A stretch of DNA of 64,000 bases from Octopus sinensis (lineage: Eukaryota): positions 10,230,001 to 10,294,000 of the forward strand of contig NC_043000.1 in NCBI RefSeq assembly GCF_006345805.1, given 5' to 3'. Both the position numbers and the translations under genes were made by a program. Shown here piece by piece: positions 1 to 12,485 of this stretch. Each line of letters opens with the position of its first letter. Position 1 is the stretch's first letter. The notes beneath the pieces were generated by a model that saw nothing but the letters and a program-made list of their open reading frames with translations, was not told the origin of the DNA and did not search any database.

Positions 1-6
1 ATATGT

Positions 7-74
<68 letters not shown>

Positions 75-245
75 ATATATATATACACACATACATATAC
101 ATACATACACACACATATATCTATGTATATATATGCATATATATATACATATATATATATACACAGACACACACACACATTTATATATATAATGTGTGTG
201 TGTGTGTGTATATGCATATATTTATACAAGTATATTATATATATA

Positions 246-285
<40 letters not shown>
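1..285. repeat. Compound (TA)n/(CA)n/(TG)n microsatellite
   Basis: Direct sequence; the overlapping YI-rich ORFs are artefacts. Confidence 0.97.
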
Positions 286-799
286 TACAACAATTGATTA
301 GAGAACACAAATATATATTTTAAACGGAAGCAAAATATTTCCTAGCCTGCCTTTTAAAGTTATGTTTGCATTTTGTATCTGACATTTCTTTTTTTTTTAT
401 TTTTAACAAGTTGTGATATTGTATCGTACAACAATGGTTCTATATTATTGATTTTTTCTCCATTAATGTCCCTCTCCTCACTGTGGTATCTGTTGCTTAA
501 AACTAGCAACAGACACGCACGACAAAGGTGCCAGAAAGTCAGCCGTTTTTTTCTGTTCCTGTGTGATTATGTGATGGTGTTTATATATAATTGAAATAAA
601 TTGTTGAATTATCGAAATAAATTTAGATGTGTACTATCAAAGATTTTGAGTTTTATTTCCCTCGGTGTTTCTGAATTTTTCTTTCTGCTTTTATTTATCT
701 ATTTATTTATTTATTTTTTATTTGGCGACATGACTAATTAGTCTCATAAAATATCATCTAGAGAATTCACTCATATCATGGAAACGCACATACAACCAC

Positions 800-1575
800 C
801 GTATCTTTAATAAATCTACCATGTGATTTCGGGTTCACTTCCACAGCACAGCATGACACCTTGAACAAATGCCTTCCACTATAGCATTTGTGTGCGGATT
901 TGGTTGACGGAAACTGTGTGGAAGCCCGTCGTATATAAATATACCCTTTACTTGTTTCAGTCATTTGACTGTGGTTATGCTGGAGCACCGCCGTTAGTCG
1001 AGCAAATCGACCCCAGGACTTACCATTTGTAAGCCTAGTACTTATACTAAGTTACGGGGACGTAAACACATCAGCATCGGCTGTCAAGCGATGTTGAGAG
1101 AACAAGCACAGACACACAAACATAGACACACACACACACACATAAACACACACACACACACACACACATATTTACGTATATACGACGGGCTTCTTTCAGT
1201 TTCCGTGTATCAAATCCACTCACAAGGCTTTGGTCGGCCCGAGGCTATAGTAGAAGACAATTGCCCAAGGTGCCACGCAGTGGGATTGAATCCGGAACCA
1301 TGTGGTTGGTAAGCAAGTTACTTCCCACACAGCCAGTCCTACGCCTATAAATATATATATATACATACATAGTGCGTGTGTCCAACTATTACTTGACAAT
1401 TTGTGTTACATTTTTGTACGTCCTCGTTACTCAGCGGTTCGGCAAAAGATACTGATAGATTAAGTACCAGACTTAAAAATAACGTAAGTACCGTGGTCGA
1501 TTTGTTCGAGTAAACCCTTCAACGCAGTGCCCCGGTATGGCCGCAGTCAAATGACTGAAAGAAGTAAGAGGTAAA
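800..1575 (+). mobile_element. Old, diverged family-A SINE split by a younger antisense family-A copy
   Basis: Degenerate head 800-935 (..GGAAACTG..GAAGCCCGTCGTATA) and degenerate 3' half 1380-1575 (..GCGGTTCGGCAAAAGA..GGCCGCAGTCAAATGACTGAAA). Confidence 0.7.
944..1345 (-). mobile_element. Family-A tRNA-derived SINE (full length)
   Basis: Reverse complement of TAGGCGTAGGACTGGCTGTGTGG...GACTGAAACAAGTAAAG; TSD TATAAATATA at 934-943 and 1346-1355. Confidence 0.9.
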
Positions 1576-2196
1576 AAAACGTCGTTTCACGTTGAGTATT
1601 CTCTTGTTCGGTAAACTGGATCATCTGCTCCCGCATTGGCGTGTAAGTAGCTGAGCATTCCACAGACACTTGTACCTTTAACATAATTCTCAGGCAGAAT
1701 TAGTATGATGAAGTTTGGGACAAGGCTGTAGCTTTCGAATTACGAGTACAGTCTACCCGATGGACTTGTATATATTTTTTGCCTGCCCAGTTTGACTAAA
1801 AGTATGATTCAGCCCGTGGCTATAGAAAATGATATTTGTCTAAGATGTGCCGCTTTAGGATCGAACCCTGGACCTCATAGATTCAAAGAGAACGTAAAAC
1901 TGTTCTTTGTAAGAAATACATCTAAATCTTTGGAAATATGCTGCAGTCCATTAAGTTCATACGAACAGTAATGCTTTCATCATTCCAATAACTATTCTCA
2001 AGTTCAACAGCTCAGAAGCAATTAACAGTTATAAACAATAATTTTCTTGATCCAGTTTATTCTGTCTGTCTGTCTGTCTGTATCTCTTCGCAGTAATCAT
2101 TACCATATGTACTAGACCCTTACTATTCTATGCTACTCAACATTGGTTCCCTGTCCCTTAAGGACTCGGACGAAAATAATTTTGCTGCAATTGACA

Positions 2197-2431
2197 TAGG
2201 CGTAGGAGTGGCTGTGTGGTAAGTAGCTTGCTTACCAACCACATGGTTCCGGGTTCAGTCCCATTGCGTGGCACCTTGGGAAGTGTCTCTACTATAGCCT
2301 AGTGCCGACCAAAGCCTTGTGAGTGGATTGGCAGACGGCAACTGAAAGAAGCCGTTGTAATATGTATATATTATATGTATAATATAATATATATATGTAT
2401 ATATTATATTATATATATATTATAGTTATAT

Positions 2432-2497
<66 letters not shown>

Positions 2498-2727
2498 TGA
2501 TACGTGTGTGTGTGTTTGTGTGTCCTGTGTTTGTCCCCCAATAGCGCTTGACAACCGATGCTGGTGTGCGTTTACGTCCCCGTAACCTAGCGGTTCGGCA
2601 AAAAGAGACCGATCGAATAAGTACTAGTCTTACAAAGAATGAGTCATGTGGTCGATTTGTTCGACTAAAGGCGGTGCTCCAGCATGGCCACAGTCAAATG
2701 ACTGAAACAAGCAAAAGAATAAAAGAG
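2197..2727 (+). mobile_element. Family-A tRNA-derived SINE with internal (TA)n(TG)n
   Basis: Head TAGGCGTAGGAGTGGCTGTGTGGTAAG..GGGTTCAGTCCC (A/B-box like), internal microsatellite, tail GACTGAAACAAGCAAAAGAATAAAAGAG; many homologues in the window. Confidence 0.92.
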
Positions 2728-3244
2728 TATAAGCAAAACCATCGCTTATGTCTGGTCAGATAAATTCTGGCCATGCTGGAGCACCACCTTTAGTCGAGCA
2801 AATCTACCTTCGAGATGCTACCTTTCAAATGTGAACATCGCTTTTGAAATCAATTTGAAATAGGATACTGACAGACAACTGCTTCAAAACTCATAGATTC
2901 TCTACCTTCATCAAACCTGTATATTTGTGTACATAATTATTGCTACACTAAGCGATAAGTGAAAAGCTGGTGTTTCCAGCTACCACACTCCGCTCAAAAA
3001 AAAAAAAAAATAATAATAATAAATAGATAAATAAAATCGATCTCCTGACATATATTTTACAAATACATTTATGTAAGCAGAACAGTAAAAGTATTCGAGA
3101 TGTTTGTGAAGTCCAACACGTAAGTCTTACCCATTTGTTATCTAAATTACAGCGATAGAGTTTTGTTATTATGTCAGAAGCCAGTTATGTCCTAAATGGA
3201 AGAATTAAAATAAGTGTGCAGATAGCACACAAACACACAAACAC

Positions 3245-3251
3245 TCATGCA

Positions 3252-3320
<69 letters not shown>

Positions 3321-3787
3321 TATTATAACCATTATCGTTCTCTTTCTTCTTCGCGTTACTTTAAACGCTCATTACAAACATCAGTTCTTTATTATTATTG
3401 CCACTGCAAGGCCATCATTTTCCTCACTACCATCAACATCATCACCATCATCGTTATCATGATCATCATCAATCATCATAGTCATCATCGTCACCATCGT
3501 CATTACCACCATCGCTGCCTTCACCACCATCATCACTACCACCACTACCAACAGCAACAACACTAATACCAATACCAATACCAGCACTATCCTCCTTCTC
3601 CTTCTCCTTCACCTCCTCCTCCTCCTCGTCCCCCCTCCTCGTCCCCCCTCCTCGTCCCCCCTCCTCGTCCCCTAACTCATCATCATCATCATCATCATCA
3701 TTTTACTACTACTACTACTACCACCACCACCACCACCACCATAACTACCACTACTACTACTACTACTACTTACTACTACTACTACTT

Positions 3788-3848
<61 letters not shown>

Positions 3849-3850
3849 AA
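3245..3850. repeat. (CA)n followed by compound trinucleotide arrays (CAT/CAC/CTC/TAC)n
   Basis: Direct sequence. Confidence 0.95.
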
Positions 3851-4560
3851 GGGGACGTCAATATTAATGCAACCCGAAGAAGCCGATCAACATTTAATCG
3901 ATAAACCAATGGCACTTGTCATCATCCCTCACGTAAATCTCTCCCCCGCCTCTCCACTGTCCACGTCTACTCCACACCCCACACTCCACACTGCCCCGCT
4001 GTATAACCTACATTTCTCATATGCGTTAATCTATCAATATTCAATACCACCTTCACCCGTCCATTCATTCACCCATCCCAGCAACTCTTAACAGCCGCTA
4101 CCTCAACACCTATAGTATGCAGACGAATCATTGGAATTGAATACATCTGTTGCTACCATCTGATTTTCAAATCTTGGTATCCGCCCCTTAGCTAAATAGC
4201 GGATATTTAAGGTAACTTGGAGAGCTTTATGGTGTGTGAAGGCTTGATAGTTGCCTGAACGGTTTTTACTGCAACGAAACCAATTAGTCATGATGTCAGA
4301 AAACAATAAACAGTATTAATTTGATAATACAAGAAGAATAAATATACGGTTTTTTTTTCTCCCTGAGTCATTTGTTTGTTTACAATGTCGTTTAGTCGAT
4401 AAGCAGAATCCATTTTGGATCGTACAACTAAAACTCATGGTCCGTAGAGACCAATAATAAATTGTTGCGTATTTCTCAAATGGAATTCAGCCTGACTGTC
4501 TGCTTAAACTTGTGTCAATATTCCCATTATGATATTCAAATAATGAATTAGCATTATAAG

Positions 4561-4872
4561 TGGTACTCTGTCGGTTACGAAGACGAGGGTTCCAGTTGAA
4601 CCGATCAACGGAACAGCCTTCTCGTGGAACTAATGTGCGTGTGGCTGAGTACTCCGCAGACACGTGTAGCCCTAACGTAATTCTCAGGGAGATTCAGCAT
4701 GACACAGAGTGTAACAAGGCTGGCGCTTTGTTGCAACTCATTTTGGCCGCTGAGTGGACTGGAGCAACACAAAATAAAGTGTCTTGTTCAAGGACACAAC
4801 GAGTCACCAGGAATTGAACTCACGACCTTGCGATCGCGAGCCGAATACCCTAACCATTAAGCCACACCCCTT
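4561..4872 (-). mobile_element. tRNA-derived SINE, head E + tail 1
   Basis: Minus strand: tRNA-like head, GTGTCCTTGAACAAGACAC..CTCCAGTCCACTCAGC, then the tail shared with 40908-41289 (..GGAACCCTCGTCTTCGTAACCG). Confidence 0.85.
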
Positions 4873-5307
4873 CAGGAATCAGCATCAAACGTATCAATTT
4901 TGGAACCGTTACCGTTGATTAGACTTGGTTTAATCCCGATGGAGCAGACCTTTGACCAAAGTCGCTCCAAACGAGGCAATTCCTTTTTCTTTTCTTCTTC
5001 ACGTGTAGTTTATTTAAAATGACATTAGTCCTATTTAATGCATTTACTGTTTTTATTCCTAAGAAATTCTATATATGTGCAATCTGGTTCTGGTCAGTTT
5101 AAGTGTGGCATATATATATAAAAGTAAATAAATGGTACAACGAAGTACCGATATTTACTGGAAAATAGCGATCGTAATAAATATGACGCTATTGTATATC
5201 TTCACTGCGTATATAATAGCAAAGACGTGTGTGTGCAACAAACATGAAAAAAATTTGTCTTACCTCTAGGAAGAACATATGAAAAATGAAAAACCTAGAA
5301 ACAGATA

Positions 5308-5378
5308 ATGCAAGACCGGTTTCAGACTCTTCAAATACGTTTGACAATGTAGATTTGATTTGTCCTCATCAGCTGCAT
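5308..5378 (-). ncRNA. Minimal type-I hammerhead ribozyme motif (Penelope-type), near intact
   Basis: Minus strand: ATGCAG (stem I) CTGATGA GGAC..long loop..GTCT GAAA CCGG TC / TTGCAT (stem I). Palindromic helix III ACCGGT; GUC cleavage triplet. Confidence 0.75.
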
Positions 5379-5773
5379 ATACCTAGACAAATTTTCAAAT
5401 GTTGCCACATCTATGCCAGTACACTCGTCTGAACGCCAAAACATATATGTACATACCTTCATATATATGTATATCTACATGCATATATGGGTACAGGACA
5501 TCAACAAAACATAGACACAATTAAAACGAAAACATAAAAACAAAAACATAGAAAACGAACATTTTTTCGAACAACGAAACCACCCCCCAAAAAACAAACA
5601 GAGAAACGAGACACGCAACATTCCCTTCATCAGTTGTCCCCTGTTTCATCGACTCCCGCGTCGAAGGTAAGGACAATACGCGATTTCGTTAAAACAGTCT
5701 TTTTCTCAAAGCAAATTAAATAAAATTTTGGGATTTTTTTGCGGAGGGTGAAAGTGGTAACAAAAACAGGACA

Positions 5774-5863
5774 GTGAGATCAAAACAGTAAAAACAAACG
5801 GTGAGGGTTGTTAAGCTTGGCTTAACAACCCTCATCGTTTGTTTTTACTGTTTTGATCTTCAC
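5774..5863. repeat. Near-perfect 43-bp-arm inverted repeat with 3-nt loop
   Basis: GTGAGATCAAAACAGTAAAAACAAACGGTGAGGGTTGTTAAGC-TTG-GCTTAACAACCCTCATCGTTTGTTTTTACTGTTTTGATCTTCAC. Confidence 0.95.
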
Positions 5864-5955
5864 ACGATGTGAAGATTATGAACGCTAGAAAAACGAGGTT
5901 TGAGAAGAGACAGATAAAAGCACGTCTTGTCTATATATAATATATATATATATAT

Positions 5956-5989
<34 letters not shown>

Positions 5990-6780
5990 AACGTAATTAC
6001 GAAAACAGAAAAGAAGTCCAAAAGACCCAGGAACGAACAATAGTACAAAGTGAATGCATTAAGTTGTGAAAGAAAAAACATATCGACATTATGGTTAACG
6101 GATAGTTTTTTGTCGAGCTTTATGGAGAACAAAACTTCATGTGTATTTAAACAATCAGCAAGAGAATAATAGTGGATGGGAAGCGGGCTAAGGTAAGTGG
6201 TTTCTAGCAGAGGAAAGTGTGTTGGGTATTTCTCTTCTTTGCTGAGTTTGGAAGGAGAAACAGTGTGGGTCCTTCGGCACCGGTGAGCTTGATGCCGTTA
6301 ATGTTCCGTCTAAACTGCTACAGGACATCTGCGGATAAGAACTGGAGAATACAGGTTTAAACTCGTGTGGTGGACCAATATCGGTCATGCATTGGAGAAA
6401 TTAGGTGTCAGTGGCTGTGTGTAACTGTGAGAGAAAGAGCTTGTGTGAGCGAAAGTGGCGTTAGTGATAGCGATTCGGGTGCTACTGGAACAGTAGAATA
6501 ACACGAGTGTGAGAGAGATTTATATTGACATAACAGAATGCATGTGATAATTGACATAATAGGATATAGGTCCAATAGATAAAAGCTTTTTAGTTGAAAA
6601 CAAGACATCAAGTATGTGTAAATATGGAAAAAAGATGATGCGAAATGTATGGGTAGATGTTAATTTCTATGTGTGTTTGTAGGTGGGTGCGTTGGGTATG
6701 TGGAGGAGAGTTAATCGATTATTGGCATCTAAGGGAGCGGCTGTTAATAAGCAAAAAATAAATAAGTGAACAAATAAATA

Positions 6781-7398
6781 GACAAGAGCACTCAGATAGC
6801 GCAAACATCCGCCAAGGCAAAACCAACGCCCTCTGAACGATTAGCCAGAGATGATTTTTAAGATGAGAATATCTGAAATAAACTCAGCTGCTCTCACAAA
6901 CGAGAATACTGAAAATGAACCCGACCGCCCTTAAAAATTAAGTGAAAAAAAACAGGAAAAATAATCCAGAATTTTTGTCGGATATCGAACTGATCCCCAA
7001 ATCTAATCAGTTCGTGCCAGTCACGAGGTCAGACATCCCAGAAAGTTTCATCCGAATCCGTCCAGCAGTTCTTGAGATATCCAGTCCAAAGACAAACAAA
7101 CACGATTGAAAACAATACCTCCTATTTCTTTACTACCTACAAGGGGCTAAACACAGAGAGGACAAACAAGGACAGACAAACGGATTAAGTCGATTATATC
7201 GACCCCAGTGCGTAACTGGTACTTAATTTATCGACCTCGAAAGGATGAAAGGCAAAGTCGACCTCGGCGGAATTAGAAATCAGAACGTAACGGCAGACGA
7301 AATACGGCTACGCATTTCGCCCGGCGTGCTAACGTTTCTGCCAGCTCGCCGCCTACGATTGAAAACAATACCTCCGCCTTAACGAAGGCGGAGACAAA
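6781..7398 (+). mobile_element. Non-autonomous Helentron/DINE-1-like element (interrupted by a family-B SINE)
   Basis: Subterminal motif ATCCGCCAAGGC near the 5' end; 3' hairpin CTCCGCCTT-AACG-AAGGCGGAG (7372-7393); A-rich flanks; no TSD seen. Confidence 0.55.
7123..7354 (-). mobile_element. Family-B tRNA-derived SINE (full length)
   Basis: Reverse complement of AGGCGGCGAGCTGGCAGAAACGTTAGC...GTAAAGAAATA; 21-bp TSD ACGATTGAAAACAATACCTCC at 7102-7122 and 7355-7375. Confidence 0.93.
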
Positions 7399-7499
7399 AA
7401 TAACTCATAATAGTGTTGAAAAGCGGAAATGCTGCGATGTTACAAGATGAGTGTGAGCGTGAAATGAGACGAGTTTAAGTGATCTGTTGTTATTTCATA

Positions 7500-8110
7500 A
7501 GACATCCGTTAATTACTCTATAAAATGATCGCCCAACCTCTGATTCGTTGTTCGTGAGTATAACAAGTCACTATGTTTACTTGTCCCCGATATGAGAAAG
7601 AGAGGTGCTGCAAAGATTACAGGGACAGGTAAAAGAATGAAGTTAGGATTTGCAAGAAACTGCGCATGTCGGTCGAATCTAAAGGAAGAGCAGGGTGGGT
7701 TTGTTTATCGAAGTATCAGGGTCGGATTGGAGGAGACTGAGGTTATGCAGGATGGTACACTGGAATGATAGAGTGATGGGATGGGAACTTAAGATGAAAG
7801 AAGTGCGGTTTGTATTGATGGTGAAGCGTGGAGATTGGAGGTGCAAGCAATATCTAAAACACGACGGCGTGCTGTGTCAAGCTCTTGGTGGGTAATCATG
7901 CTGGAGGAAGTAACGAACCATTTGGTGAGATTTAACTCCGAAATCAGAATCTCAGATACAAAGGTTAGGATGCGACGAATTGTGCAGCTAATCCATGCTG
8001 GAAGAAGAAATGAACAATTTAGTGAAATTTAACCCCGGAATCAGAGTTTCGGATAAAGAGTTTGGGAGGCGGACGAATTGTGAATAGAGTATAATTGTTT
8101 TAATGTGAGT
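7500..8110 (-). pseudogene. Decayed Penelope-like element fragment (RT C-terminus / linker)
   Basis: Minus-strand peptides YSQFVRL, DSDFGVKSHQMVRYFLQHDYPP and LHNLSLLQSDPDTS resemble Penelope-like ORFs; stops and frameshifts present. Confidence 0.6.
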
Positions 8111-9518
8111 GTGATGTGATGAGGGGGAAATAAATGTATGAGTGCAGTTGTTCTGAACTCTACAAGGCCACATCTCTACCCCGCAAACTGCCCAACGCCT
8201 ATGCTGTGTCTACCATAATGGATCAACTGACACCCTCGGCTCTTCTTCCTAGAGCCTCCAACGTAGTCATCACCCGTATACATCACCGTAGTACATGTCG
8301 TATCTCTGAAAAATATTTCCTCCCTTAAATTTATAAGGCAAACATTCTTATTCGCCCAAGCGTTTCCGTCTGCAACTGCTCTACTGGAGGCAACAGAATA
8401 TTTTCTGTTATCGTAAATGATTTCTTAGAGTGTGAGGCATCTGGTTTTTAGATGAGAACTGGAAAATACAGATTTGAACTTTCTGTATAAAGTTGCCAAA
8501 GTGGGTGGGGCTTCGATCTATGGAAGAATATACAACGCAGCTGAATCGCTCAGTGAGTATTCTTGTTACAGATTACAGTGACTAGAATAAAATAATGGAA
8601 TTTTGAAATCCTTACTTCTTAATAGTAGAATAATACCTTGAATAATAGGATAATACCAGGATTACGCAAAAACTACTAAGAATAATGCCAAGAATTAGGA
8701 GACTGTACATTATTGATATCGATTTCCTTTATAAAAGAAACAAAAAACGAAATAAAAAAAAACGAAAAAAGAGAAAAAGATTGTCTGACGTTCATAGTTT
8801 CTCAAAAACAATGTGGACTGAAATGGCTGCAGCTGTGAAAAGAAACCAGGTCACCAACTTCACTCTCAAGCAGCTGCTACTTTATTTTCTCGACCCACTG
8901 GAAATAGCAGCAAAACCAGGAGTGACATTGATATAAAGCTCCTTCAAATGATGATTCAACCACCCATACGTATTACTGCACACATATACACAAAAGCTTG
9001 CATAGAAAATAATTCACAAACAGAGGAACATAGACGAGAATTTTTCTATCATTTGGTATATTTTTAAGAAATATTTTTTCATTTCCTTTCCTTTTTTCTT
9101 TTCTGCACTTTTATTTTCATTTCCTCCTCCGAACTAATTCATCGATTTTTTCTTTTTGCTTTAAAATATTGTAAACAATATTTCTGAGATTTTAAAACCA
9201 AGAAGGGTCGAAGATTAAAAGCTTTATGAAATAAGGTTTTCACTATACCAATATATTTAATCTCTTTTCCAGTTACTGAGGTTAATCTATTTCTCGCTAG
9301 AAATCGCACGAAATCATGTTTCCCAAACATAGTTATTATACAAGGTCTCTTCAATAAATATGTTTAGCTCTCTGGCTATTACCAAAATATACATATGACG
9401 ATATGAACTCGCGAAAAATTCATAAAACTTTAATACTGGCCAAACATATAGTAAAATGTTCAAGTATGTCATATTTAACACAAATTTGGGTCGATCCATA
9501 GGTTATAGTAGAAACACG

Positions 9519-9912
9519 TAAGGCGGCGAGCTGGCAGAAACGTTAGCGCGCCGGGCGAAATGCTTAGCGGGATTTTGTCTGCCGCTACGTTCTGAGTTCA
9601 AATTCTGCCGAGGTCGACTTTGCCTTTCATCCTTTCGGGGTCGATTAAATAAGTACCAGTTACGCACTGGGGTCGATATAATCGACTTAATCCGTTTCTC
9701 TGTACTTGTTTGTCCTCGCTGTGTTTAGCCCCTTGTGGCTAGTAAAGAAATAGGTATTTCGTCTGCCGTTACGTTCTGAGTTCAAATTCCGCCGAGGTCG
9801 ACTTTGCCTTTCGTCGTTTCGGGTTCGATAAATAAAGTACCAGTTACGCACTGGGGTCGAAATAATCGACTTAATCCGTTTGTCTGTCCTTGTTTGTCCC
9901 CTCTGTGTTTAG
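9519..9912 (+). mobile_element. Family-B SINE, full copy plus tandem partial copy
   Basis: Full unit to GTAAAGAAATA, then restart at GGTATTTCGTCTGCCG (~9752). Confidence 0.9.
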
Positions 9913-10944
9913 TTGGTACGTAGTGGGATTGAAACCGGAACCATGTAGTTGGGAAGCAAGCTTCTTACTAAACAACCACCCCTACGTATGTTGAAATTTA
10001 TATTCATGGAGGGAATAGGTATTGACAATGTACCATGTTTTTGTTTTTGCTGTTCTTTAACTCCAAGTCAACACTATGCATACTTACGATCAAAGCCGTT
10101 CCAACCGTGACCATGCTTTCATCTTATATATCAGGGAGTGTATTTTTCAGTGAGGTTTTACATTTTTTGTTAGAAATTAAAATACGATTCGAGAACATGT
10201 TGGCTGTTATTTCTTGTAGATCGAGCAGCGACCAGATGTTTCTTCTTTTATTGAAGTCGCGAATTGATTTCAGTCCAGACTCGAAACCGCTTCATTTCCC
10301 CACCGATACTTGTAATTCTCTTTAACATCACGACTGACATCTCGGCTCTCAATCTCCTTTCCCTTGTTAATACATTGTAAAAAACGAAGAGCAATGTAAT
10401 AATCAGAAATATCTGACAAACTTTGTCCTGATGTAGAAAATCAATAGATATGTATATATATTTTTTGATTTGTGAGGCAGTTTGTTTGCTGACGCTCACA
10501 CATACAGAAAGATATAGGCTGGATAAATACATTCTGAAGTAAATGGATAATGTATCTATGCAAGTAAAATCTGAACGATTTTACGTACGCAGCTGTGTAT
10601 GTAAGTTTATTTAGGGAGACAGAAAGATACTTAAATAAACAAAAGAAGTATGCACACTTCAGGCTAACGTAAGAGGGCGTGGCGCTCAAACTTCCAGAAG
10701 TTGTACACGAACTCCAAACGAGTCACATTCTCTTTAAGAAAATAAAATATTTAAGAAAATAAAATAAAGACATTGGATAATGAAGTTTTCTAGCTATGAA
10801 AGCTTTGTTCCAAAAAATAAATCGTTGATAATGGCAGCACCACCTTTAATTATAGGCCTTCTGCTTGATCAGAAGAACCTGAAGCTAAACAACATTTACC
10901 ATTGTCTATAGATGCCTTGAAGACATTTCTTTACATGGTTTTCT

Positions 10945-10997
<53 letters not shown>

Positions 10998-11308
10998 ACT
11001 GCCTGCATGCCTACTTGTCTGTCTGTCTGTCTGTCTGTATATATGTGTATATGTATGTTCCTTGCCTATTTGTCTGTCTATCTGTCTGTCTGTTTATGTA
11101 TGTATATATGTATGCATTCATGTATGTATGTATGCATGCATGTATGTATGTATGTATGCATGTATGTATGTATGTATGTATGTATGCATTCATGTATGTA
11201 TGTATGCATGCATGTATGTATGCATGTATGCATGCATGCATGTATGGATGTATGTATGTATGCATGCATGCATGTATGTATGTATGCATGTATGTATGTA
11301 TGTATGTA

Positions 11309-11339
<31 letters not shown>

Positions 11340-11390
11340 ATGTATGTATGTGTGCATGTATGTATGTATATGCAAGTGTGTGTGTTTGTA
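10945..11390. repeat. (TCTA)n, (TCTG)n and (TATG/CATG)n tetranucleotide arrays
   Basis: Direct sequence. Confidence 0.95.
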
Positions 11391-11823
11391 AGTAGTATGG
11401 TTACTCTTCTAAAACATTTCAAAAATATTTTTTTTATGCTTTTACAGATTTCGCTCACTGGACAGCGGCCACGTGAAGCACCATCATAAAGAGCATTTTT
11501 TGATCATATTGGATCCATTATCTATTTTCTCCCGGTGCTTATTTTCTCGATCTCCATTCATCGATGACTAAATTTTACCTTTCTCAGGCAAACGAACGTG
11601 ACACGAACACATCGATTTACATTGGTACATAGAAACACACATAAACACACGCGCGAGCACACACGTACACATGCACACACACACATGCATACAAATCCAC
11701 ATTCATTGTTTGTGCACACAAGAAGAGAGAGATAGGAGTGCTCAATGCAAAACTGCGAAAATACACAGGGCAAATATTCATAGTTTAAATAATTATTTTA
11801 AAGAACTTTGACGGATTTTATTT

Positions 11824-12216
11824 CTTTCTACTCTAGACACAAAGCCTGAAATCTTTGGGGAGTGGGGGCAGTCGATTAGATCTACCCCAGTACGTAACTG
11901 GTACTTAATTTATCGATCCCAGAAAGGTGAAAAGCAAAGTCAACCTCGGCGGAATTTGAACTCAGAACCGCTAAGCATCTCGCCCGGCGTGCTAACGTTC
12001 CTTATTTCTTTACTGCCCACTAGGGGCTACACACAGAGGGGACAAACAAGGACAGAAAAACAGATTAAGTCGATTATATCGACCCCAGTGCGTAACTGGT
12101 ACTTATTTAATCGACCCCGAAAGGATGAAAGGCAAAGTCGACCTCCGCGGAATTTGAACTCAGAACCGCTAAGCATTTCGCCCGACGTGCTATCGTTTCT
12201 GCCAGCTGGCCGTCTT
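11824..12216 (-). mobile_element. Dimeric family-B SINE with two different tails
   Basis: Two units, both with the same internal deletion (CTCAGAAC|CGCTAAGCAT); whole dimer flanked by TTTGACGGATTTTATTT (11807-11823, 12217-12233). Confidence 0.8.
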
Positions 12217-12447
12217 TTTGACGGATTTTATTTATTTAACAATATCATCAGACTGACGAAGGAAGATATAAAGGCAAAGTATTTAAATATGTCAATATAT
12301 GTATCTAGGAGTACACCTATGTATTTGTGACTTCGTTTTTGTTAGATGCAAACGCACGGTTATAGCGTGTATAATCTGATTCTCTATTTGTCTATCACAT
12401 ACACACAAATACGTGTGTGCATTTATACGTGGATGTTCGTGCATATC

Positions 12448-12485
<38 letters not shown>

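Noticed and set aside
489-513. 9-bp stem hairpin TCTGTTGCT-TAAAACT-AGCAACAGA in unique sequence
   Set aside because: Short enough to arise by chance in 64 kb; no supporting context.
5620-5690. Minus-strand CTGATGA near CGCG/GAAA-like sequence
   Set aside because: The order and pairing of elements did not give a valid hammerhead fold in this copy.
6188-6611. Minus-strand ORFs of ordinary composition (MTDIGPPHEF...)
   Set aside because: No recognisable motif or splice signals; most likely decayed retroelement sequence, but I could not assign it.
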